Source: Candidatus Woesearchaeota archaeon
GTDB taxonomy: Archaea > Nanobdellota > Nanobdellia > Nanobdellales > Nanobdellaceae
Assembly (NCBI GenBank): GCA_964468425.1
Contig: CAYXSZ010000041.1
Location: 1 to 6,160 of the forward strand
Reading direction: 5' to 3'
DNA: 6,160 nt
Below the pieces are notes generated by a model. That model was given only the letters and a program-made list of their open reading frames with translations, made no database searches and was not told the DNA's origin. The translations under genes were made by a program, and so were the position numbers. Below, one piece after another: positions 1 to 5,036 of this stretch (its first letter is position 1; each line of letters begins with the position of its first letter).

Positions 1-32
1 AGGCCGACGTCATACCGCTAGACCACGGACCC
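1..32 (-). tRNA. tRNA gene, 5' portion only (acceptor 5' strand, D-arm, 5' strand of anticodon stem). The anticodon lies just outside the window, so the isotype cannot be determined. The D-arm resembles archaeal tRNA-Val from memory only.
   Basis: The reverse complement of 1-32 reads GGGUCCG-UG-GUC-UAGCGGUAU-GAC-G-UCGGC-CU. This gives a 7-nt acceptor strand, U8, a D-stem/loop with the GG of the D-loop, and an anticodon-stem 5' strand ending at C32 U33. It is strongly GC-rich against an AT-rich background, as expected for a structural RNA in a thermophile. Confidence 0.8.
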
Positions 33-51
33 TATGCATAAAAGTGTTCGC

Positions 52-64
52 TAAAATTAAAAAA
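52..64 (-). promoter_or_regulatory. Candidate TATA-box/BRE region for the tRNA gene
   Basis: On the minus strand TTTTTTAATTTTA spans -32 to -20 relative to tRNA nucleotide G1 (window position 32), centred near -26. That is the usual archaeal TATA-to-start distance. The call rests on sequence position only, and AT-rich DNA yields many TATA-like strings. Confidence 0.35.
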
Positions 65-65
65 G

Positions 66-449
66 TTAAAAGAGCACGACCGACTTATAAGAAACGTCTC
101 GACTTTCGAATTGGACGACCAATTGCCTACTACGAATGTCCCTTTTAAGATAGAGTGTTCCCTTATCAGTTTTAATGACGAGAGTATAGTACCTCAGGAC
201 GCCCGTACTGTCGTTCTCCGAAATTCTCTGAACATCTAAGATCTTGATGTTATTGAGCCGCAAAACTTCCTCATCTCCTTCTTCGCTGATAATTTTTACA
301 AGAAAATATTCTAACCAATAATCTCTCTCCAAGTATTCTATAGAGATTCTAAAAGAATACCTTTTACAAGTGGGGAAAACAGAGTCATCGTAGGTTCCCT
401 CGCACATCTCGCAAAATTTCTTAAACTGCTTGACAAGCTCCTTCAGCAT
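66..449 (-). CDS. Hypothetical protein, 127 aa from the first ATG (144 aa if the GTG at 500 is used). No family recognised.
   Basis: A 144-codon open frame in AT-rich DNA, where stops are frequent, supports real coding. The first ATG (447-449) gives MLKELVKQFKKFCEMCEG.... The N-terminus has a Cys triad (CxxC then C 14 residues later). The remainder has an alternating hydrophobic, beta-rich pattern. TAA stop at 66-68. Confidence 0.6.
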   Translation of the reverse strand: MLKELVKQFKKFCEMCEGTYDDSVFPTCKRYSFRISIEYLERDYWLEYFLVKIISEEGDEEVLRLNNIKILDVQRISENDSTGVLRYYTLVIKTDKGTLYLKRDIRSRQLVVQFESRDVSYKSVVLF

Positions 450-482
450 AAGGACTATAAGCTTAATAACTTTAAAAACAAA
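450..482. promoter_or_regulatory. 33-bp divergent intergenic region, a candidate interleaved bidirectional promoter
   Basis: TATAA at 456-460 lies -27 to -23 from the plus-strand ATG at 483. TTTTTAAAG on the minus strand (478 to 470) lies -29 to -21 from the minus-strand ATG at 449. There is no room for 5' UTRs or Shine-Dalgarno sites. Confidence 0.3.
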
Positions 483-1004
483 ATGATATGCAGGCTGCAC
501 TTCGCATTGACTTTACTAATTTCCTATATTTTATTCTATGATATTCTCTTCTTTGATAAAATCTCTTCTTTACTTCTCGGAGTAATCGTTGCAAGTTTTT
601 CATCCATTCCCGATTATGATTGGAGAATTTACGCATGGAGCAACCGTCAGCTAATAAAGTTAAAAGGATCTCCGTTGAAGTATGTCCTTTTTCCATACTA
701 TTTATTTCTCAAATTAATTAACAAAGTTTTTAAGCACAGAACGACCACGCACTCTCTATTTTTTGTTGGTATCTTTTTCTTGTTTGGATATTTTCTTTTG
801 AAGCTATTTTATTTGATAGGGCTTGCAATTTTTTTACATATCATTGAAGATTGCTTTACAGTCTCTGGAGTACCTATCTTCTATCCACTAAGTAACAAAG
901 CTCTAAAAATACCGGTTATCAATACCAGGAAGCACTTAAGAGAGCAAAAACTCTTGAGCTATGCAGCAATAGGGCTTTTAATATTTTTGCTTGTATCAAG
1001 TTGA
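483..1004 (+). CDS. Membrane-bound metal-dependent hydrolase, YdjM/DUF457 family
   Basis: 173 aa and mostly hydrophobic, with multiple predicted TM helices. Family-typical residues are present: N-terminal His (MICRLH), IPDYD, HRTTTHS, and HIIEDCFTVSGVPIFYP. TGA stop at 1002-1004. Confidence 0.7.
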   Translation: MICRLHFALTLLISYILFYDILFFDKISSLLLGVIVASFSSIPDYDWRIYAWSNRQLIKLKGSPLKYVLFPYYLFLKLINKVFKHRTTTHSLFFVGIFFLFGYFLLKLFYLIGLAIFLHIIEDCFTVSGVPIFYPLSNKALKIPVINTRKHLREQKLLSYAAIGLLIFLLVSS

Positions 1005-1535
1005 ATGCGAGTTTTCATCGCAATAGATCTTCCAGAAGAATTGAAAAGGAAGATCTCTGAAATCTATTCAGAGGTTAGAGGGGTTAAAGGGAAATTCGTT
1101 GAGCCAGAGAACCTTCATATCACTCTCAAATTCCTCGGGGAACAACCCCCTCACGTAGTTAACGATGTAATTAATCTTTTATCAGAGATAAATTTTGAGC
1201 CTTTTAAGGTTACGCTGTGCGGTGTTGGTACTTTCAATAACAGGGTCGTCTGGATAGGGATATCAGACGGCTTCGACAGGATTTGCTCTCTTCACCGAGA
1301 AATCGACGGCAAATTAAAGATGTTGAAGTTCGAGAAAGATCGAAACTTCCATCCACACGCAACGATTTTAAGGATAAAGCATTTCACGGATAAGTCTTCT
1401 TTCGACGAGTTCCTTGAAAAGTACAAGGAAAAGGTCTTTGGAACTTTTTCCGTATACGAGTTTAAGCTCAAAAGGAGTACATTAACACCTCAAGGTCCAA
1501 TATATACAGACCTAGCTTCGTTTGAGTTGAGGTAA
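1005..1535 (+). CDS. thpR: RNA 2',3'-cyclic phosphodiesterase / 2'-5' RNA ligase family (2H phosphoesterase, ThpR/LigT)
   Basis: 176 aa. Two HxT/S motifs at the expected spacing (NLHITLKFLG and HPHATILRIK). Typical N-terminus MRVFIAIDLPEE. The ATG directly abuts the upstream TGA (TGAATG). Confidence 0.9.
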   Translation: MRVFIAIDLPEELKRKISEIYSEVRGVKGKFVEPENLHITLKFLGEQPPHVVNDVINLLSEINFEPFKVTLCGVGTFNNRVVWIGISDGFDRICSLHREIDGKLKMLKFEKDRNFHPHATILRIKHFTDKSSFDEFLEKYKEKVFGTFSVYEFKLKRSTLTPQGPIYTDLASFELR

Positions 1536-1566
1536 ATGGTTTAAAGGTTTTAGAAATTTATTGAAG

Positions 1567-1752
1567 ATGGGAGCTGGAGATCTGTTTCCTGAAGTAAAAG
1601 CTAGGAGATTCGAACGCATATTCATTTGCAGACGCTGTGGAATTCGGATCCGCGCAGATCCAATGAAAGTTCGCCTTGGAAAGGTTAAGTGCAGAAAATG
1701 TAAAGGAAGAAACCTCAGACCGATAAAAGCTGAGCTAAAGCTGGGTAAGTAA
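1567..1752 (+). CDS. rpl40e: 50S ribosomal protein L40e
   Basis: 61 aa from the ATG at 1567. Zinc ribbon CRRC...CRKC followed by NLRP, matching the L40e pattern (F..K.ICRKCG........KCR.C....LR.KK). The six-frame track starts at TTG 1561, but the ATG two codons later is preferred. Confidence 0.9.
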   Translation: MGAGDLFPEVKARRFERIFICRRCGIRIRADPMKVRLGKVKCRKCKGRNLRPIKAELKLGK

Positions 1753-1757
1753 TTACG

Positions 1758-2837
1758 TTGTTAATTTACCTAGCGTCTTTCTTTTTTGTAGTATCTTTTG
1801 TATTTTTCATTTTAAAGATTCTTAAATACGATGTTGAATACCAAGTAATCTTTGGAATGCTTAAACTTAGAAGGGGCTTAGAACTTTTTGATAAGTTAGC
1901 TAAAAGTAAGTTTTCAAAATACTGGGAGATCTTCTCGTTTTATTCCGGTTTTGTTCTACTAGGGATAGCTTTATTTCTAATTTTTTATGGGATTTTTACT
2001 TTTAAGCCAGTTTTGACCCCACTAATTCCTGGAGCAGAGATTCACGGAATTTATTTTCCTATAATACCTACGATAATTGCAATCTTTGTTGCCGCGCTAG
2101 TTCATGAAGCGTCTCACGGAGTCATTTTTCGAAGAAACAAAGTTTCTTTAAAAAGCTGGGGTTTCTTCTTTTTAGGTCCATTTTTAGGAGCTTTTGTAGA
2201 GCCTGATGAAGAGGAAGCTAAGAGAATTGAGTATAAAAAGCAAATAGCTGCTTACAACGCTGGATCTGCTGCCAACGTCGTTGTAGCCGCGCTAGCTTTT
2301 GTAATTCTTTTAGCCCTTACCCCTGCGTATTCGATGACAATTCAATTTACTAACGTTTCTATTGTAGGAATTATAAATAATTCCTCAGCGTACTACGCAG
2401 GAGTTCCTAAAAACGCGACTCTTCTAAAGATAGATAACCAAACAGTTCGTAGCCTCTTAGATGTTAGAAAAGTCCTTGAGAATAAAAGACCCGGAGAAAA
2501 CGTAACTTTAGTTACCTCAAAGGGAGTTTATGAGTTAAAACTAGGGGAGCGCAACGGAAAGCCGTTTATAGGCATTTTAATGAAGCAAAACTTTAAGGTA
2601 CTTCACCCAACCCTGCACGCAATTTTTGATTGGTTAATAAGCATTTTCAACTGGATCTTCGCGATAAACTTAGGAATCGGGATTGCAAACATGCTGCCAA
2701 TTTATCCGCTAGATGGTGGAAAGACTGTTCATGCCTTATTGGAAGTGCGGAGATCTGATGCGAGGAAGTATACGAAAATAATTAGTATAATCGTTCTAGC
2801 CCTCGTGGTCTTCAACGTGCTTTTAAACTTCGCATGA
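1758..2837 (+). CDS. Site-2 protease family zinc metalloprotease (peptidase M50) with internal PDZ-like domain
   Basis: 359 aa. HExxH in a TM helix (LVHEASHG). Second signature NMLPIYPLDGG near the C-terminus. A soluble insert (IVGIINNSSAYYAGVPKNATLLKIDNQTV...VTLVTSKG) looks like a PDZ domain. Multiple TM helices. The start is uncertain: TTG at 1758 keeps the first TM helix, and the next ATG is 32 codons downstream. Confidence 0.85.
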   Translation: MLIYLASFFFVVSFVFFILKILKYDVEYQVIFGMLKLRRGLELFDKLAKSKFSKYWEIFSFYSGFVLLGIALFLIFYGIFTFKPVLTPLIPGAEIHGIYFPIIPTIIAIFVAALVHEASHGVIFRRNKVSLKSWGFFFLGPFLGAFVEPDEEEAKRIEYKKQIAAYNAGSAANVVVAALAFVILLALTPAYSMTIQFTNVSIVGIINNSSAYYAGVPKNATLLKIDNQTVRSLLDVRKVLENKRPGENVTLVTSKGVYELKLGERNGKPFIGILMKQNFKVLHPTLHAIFDWLISIFNWIFAINLGIGIANMLPIYPLDGGKTVHALLEVRRSDARKYTKIISIIVLALVVFNVLLNFA

Positions 2838-3100
2838 AAGAGTACAGAGACCTTCTGCGAAAGGGTTTTGTTTTAACCAAGAATCATTGTCCTAAGTGCA
2901 AGAAAATTTTGCTTCGCGATCCGATAACGAACCTTGAATTTTGTCCCATTTGTGGATACAAGGAAAGCGAAAAAGAGATTTTAGAAAAAACAAAGCTTAC
3001 CATACTGAGGTCCTTGAAAGAAGAAAAAGATATTGAAAAAATATACAAAGCTCTTAGGAGCCTTTACCTTATAGAAAAGCTGCTAAAGTCCTCGCGCTAG
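2834..3100 (+). CDS. UPF0148 / autoantigen p27 (SSSCA1-like) family zinc-ribbon protein
   Basis: 88 aa. LLRKGFVLTKNHCPKCKKILLRD...EFCPICGY matches the archaeal UPF0148 pattern (LL..GA.ML...CP.CG.PLF......CP.CGY). A helical K/E-rich tail follows. Its ATG overlaps the S2P TGA (ATGA at 2834-2837). Confidence 0.75.
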   Translation: MKEYRDLLRKGFVLTKNHCPKCKKILLRDPITNLEFCPICGYKESEKEILEKTKLTILRSLKEEKDIEKIYKALRSLYLIEKLLKSSR

Positions 3101-3652
3101 CTTTCTCTCAAGGATACGCTCACTAATCTTGTTTAAGGTGTTTTGCAAGTTATCAACCCTCCTCCTCAATTCATATTCTCTAAATTCTATGTAGAGCATT
3201 TTTAGATAGATATCTTCAATCGTTTTCTTAGCTTTGAACACGAAATCGATATTATCTTTTATCAATTCCTCAACTATTTTCCTAAAGAGTTCTCCACAAA
3301 AATCGATTAGTCCATTTACGTAAGAAATCTCATCAATTCCCAAATCTTCGTGTGTTGGTATTCTATCATTTTTGAGATATTCGTAAAGAATCGCAGCCTC
3401 TGCGTATTCCTGAAGCGCGATTCTAATGTTATAGTGAAATTGAGGGTATTTACTTACAACTTCCTTTAGCTCCTGAACCAATTCTTTCATCTCACTAAGG
3501 GTTTTCTCAGCACTTTCGAAGTCGTCTCGGATTAGTGAATAAACTGCACTCTTTGATAATCTGGTAACTCGTATGGATTTCCTGACTAGATCATCTTTCG
3601 TCTCGTCGAGCTTGTGAATACTTTCTTTAAGCTTTTCAAAGTAGCCCTCCAT
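3083..3652 (-). CDS. Translin/TRAX family protein (archaeal C3PO-like nuclease)
   Basis: 189 aa and all-helical. It aligns by eye to human translin/TRAX over ...KYPQFHY...LQEYAEAA...ISYVNGLIDFCGELFRK...ELRRRVDNLQNTLNKISE. TRAX-type acidic residues are present (E82, E85 in QEYAEA; D117, E121 in DFCGE). Confidence 0.85.
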   Translation of the reverse strand: MEGYFEKLKESIHKLDETKDDLVRKSIRVTRLSKSAVYSLIRDDFESAEKTLSEMKELVQELKEVVSKYPQFHYNIRIALQEYAEAAILYEYLKNDRIPTHEDLGIDEISYVNGLIDFCGELFRKIVEELIKDNIDFVFKAKKTIEDIYLKMLYIEFREYELRRRVDNLQNTLNKISERILERKLARGL

Positions 3653-3662
3653 AAGCTTTTAA

Positions 3663-4811
3663 TTAAACTAGAAATAAATGCTTTACGAACATGGTAGCGT
3701 AAACTCCTCGAGACAACTTGAATTTTAGAGTGATAACATCCCTTTCCAAATCATATTCTAAGTCTTTAGGAACCTCTATTACCTTTCTTTGGTGCCCCTC
3801 TGAAGACAGATACGGAACTTCTACGAAGAAGAAGTCATCGAGCTTTATACCCTCCTCGCTTAGAATTTCTTCTAAGATTGTTTTAACTTGAGGATTTAAG
3901 TTTTCTAGCTCAGTATCATAACCCACTATTGGAATTTCGACATCTTTGAGCTTTTTTATACACTCTCTCTCTGAGGGAACGCTAAGACTTCCGAAAGCCA
4001 ATTTAAGCGCCTTTGTATTCCGACACTCATTTTCAACAAATCTAGAAACTGTTAGATTCCAAATGTATGATTGATAAGCATGGACAAACATCTTGAGCAA
4101 GCGCTTGTGAAGCTTCTTTAGCGCTCCTAAGAAATCATTAGGATTATTAACCAAGTGGTTCAAAACTGCCAGTTCCACATCCAACCACTTGGGAAACATG
4201 GAGATAGATTCTCTCCATTTGCCCCAGCTGTACTTTAACCACACTCTAGCGTTGGTTGCTTTGGAATTCTCTTTATCTGAATCGAAAGTTAAGAGTATCT
4301 TGCAAGCCCCTTCCCAGTTTCGCCTAACAAGTTCTTTTCCAATTAAATGATTATTACACCTTATATCCCCAAATCTCTGCTCATCGAAATAGTTAACAAA
4401 GCCATCTTTATAAAGTTCAATGTTTTTAACAAAGGAATCTAACTCCTTTCGAGACACTTCTCTAATTTTAATTTCGAAATAGTTGTAGGCGATATCAGAT
4501 ATTCTAACAGGCTCCGCAAACGATCCAACATACATTAGTTTGACGTTTCCGAAGTCATAATACTCTTTGAAGTTTTTTAATCCTTTTATTGAAATGTACT
4601 GCTCGGTAACAGCTTTTTTGTCTTTTTCTCCAGCGAAGCTAATTCTCTTCTTAGAGATCTTAAGCTTTTTAGAAACTATTTTTATTGCTCTCAACGTAGT
4701 TAAGTTTCTTTTTCGCATTAAAAAGTACTGGAATGTCTCGCCGGATTCTTTTTTAGATAAGTCGATGATCTCTCTAACGTAGAAGTCTTCGGGTTGCTCT
4801 TTGAGTTTCAT
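3663..4811 (-). CDS. truD: tRNA pseudouridine synthase TruD/Pus7 family (pseudouridine-13 synthase)
   Basis: 382 aa. N-terminal LKEQPEDFYVREI. Catalytic-Asp motif FAGEKDKKAVTEQ (GxKDxxAxTxQ). NYFDEQRFG motif. Its stop lies 10 bp upstream of the translin start, so the two probably form an operon. Confidence 0.9.
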   Translation of the reverse strand: MKLKEQPEDFYVREIIDLSKKESGETFQYFLMRKRNLTTLRAIKIVSKKLKISKKRISFAGEKDKKAVTEQYISIKGLKNFKEYYDFGNVKLMYVGSFAEPVRISDIAYNYFEIKIREVSRKELDSFVKNIELYKDGFVNYFDEQRFGDIRCNNHLIGKELVRRNWEGACKILLTFDSDKENSKATNARVWLKYSWGKWRESISMFPKWLDVELAVLNHLVNNPNDFLGALKKLHKRLLKMFVHAYQSYIWNLTVSRFVENECRNTKALKLAFGSLSVPSERECIKKLKDVEIPIVGYDTELENLNPQVKTILEEILSEEGIKLDDFFFVEVPYLSSEGHQRKVIEVPKDLEYDLERDVITLKFKLSRGVYATMFVKHLFLV

Positions 4812-4832
4812 TAATTTTCTATAGATAAGTGC

Positions 4833-4843
4833 TTTTTATTTAA
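4833..4843 (-). promoter_or_regulatory. Candidate TATA box for truD
   Basis: Minus-strand TTAAATAAAAA spans -32 to -22 relative to the A of the truD ATG (4811). This fits a leaderless or near-leaderless transcript. Confidence 0.35.
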
Positions 4844-4884
4844 GTCTTTCATTCTTTCTAAGACGCTCTCTCAATCACTTTTGG

Positions 4885-4920
4885 AGAAATTGCAGTTTTT
4901 CAGAAATTCAGTGGTTTTTG
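4885..4920. repeat. Imperfect tandem direct repeat, 2 units of about 17-19 bp
   Basis: Unit 1 is AGAAATTGCAG-TTTTT-C (4885-4901). Unit 2 is AGAAATT-CAG-TGG-TTTTT-G (4902-4920). A third core copy, ACAAATTCAG, lies at 5042-5051. Confidence 0.55.
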
Positions 4921-4954
4921 GATGCTTATCAAAAGTCTCAAATTGAAAACTTAT

Positions 4955-4977
4955 AAATCAAAAATTCTCTTTGATTT
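4955..4977. terminator. AT-only hairpin carrying oligo-T runs on both strands, a candidate bidirectional terminator (trpS 3' end)
   Basis: AAATCAAA (4955-4962) pairs perfectly with TTTGATTT (4970-4977), with a 7-nt loop. A5 at 4960-4964 gives the first T5 run on the minus strand downstream of the trpS stop. T5 at 4975-4979 lies on the plus strand. Confidence 0.3.
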
Positions 4978-5019
4978 TTACTAACCAAGCCAAGTTTGTT
5001 CCTATAATTTATCTAGACA

Positions 5020-5036
5020 GTGTATTCTAAATACAC
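5020..5036. other. Perfect 7-bp inverted repeat with 3-nt spacer, function unknown (operator-like palindrome or small hairpin)
   Basis: GTGTATT-cta-AATACAC. All seven positions are complementary. Confidence 0.5.

Noticed and set aside
450-500. GTG start at 500 extending the orphan CDS by 17 codons and overlapping the DUF457 start by 18 bp
   Set aside because: The extension (MQPAYHFVFKVIKLIVL) has no supporting feature. The first ATG at 449 removes the head-to-head overlap and sits at a TATA-compatible distance. It is kept as an alternative only.
472-696. 74-aa ORF on the minus strand
   Set aside because: It lies almost entirely antisense to the well-supported DUF457 membrane-protein gene. 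It has a basic, low-complexity composition typical of a shadow ORF and no recognisable motifs.
1561-1566. TTG start for rpl40e as given in the ORF track
   Set aside because: An ATG lies two codons downstream (1567). L40e homologues start close to the FPE/ARxF segment, so ATG is preferred. The difference is only 2 residues.
1640-1651. Adjacent EcoRI and BamHI sites (GAATTCGGATCC) inside rpl40e that look like a cloning polylinker
   Set aside because: The sequence is in frame and codes sensible zinc-ribbon loop residues (G-I-R-I-R). No other vector-like sequence flanks it. Given the many possible pairs of familiar sites, one chance adjacency in 6 kb is not remarkable. It should be treated as natural unless the assembly's provenance suggests otherwise.
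4567-4782. 71-aa ORF on the plus strand
   Set aside because: It is antisense to the conserved N-terminal/catalytic region of truD. The F/L/I/S-rich translation is what the reverse strand of a K/E-rich gene produces, so this is a shadow ORF.
4812-4853. 13-codon upstream ORF (MKDLNKKHLSIEN) whose TAA overlaps the truD ATG (TAATG)
   Set aside because: It would include the best truD TATA candidate within its own coding sequence, it has no supporting signal, and such short ORFs arise by chance in AT-rich DNA.
4900-4931. Possible C/D-box sRNA on the minus strand (UGAUAAG ... CUGA ... CUGA)
   Set aside because: The C-box candidate has a mismatch at a core position (UGAUAA vs UGAUGA). There is no C' box, the two CUGA motifs are only 4 nt apart, and there is no terminal stem. 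No other RUGAUGA exists in the spacer on either strand.
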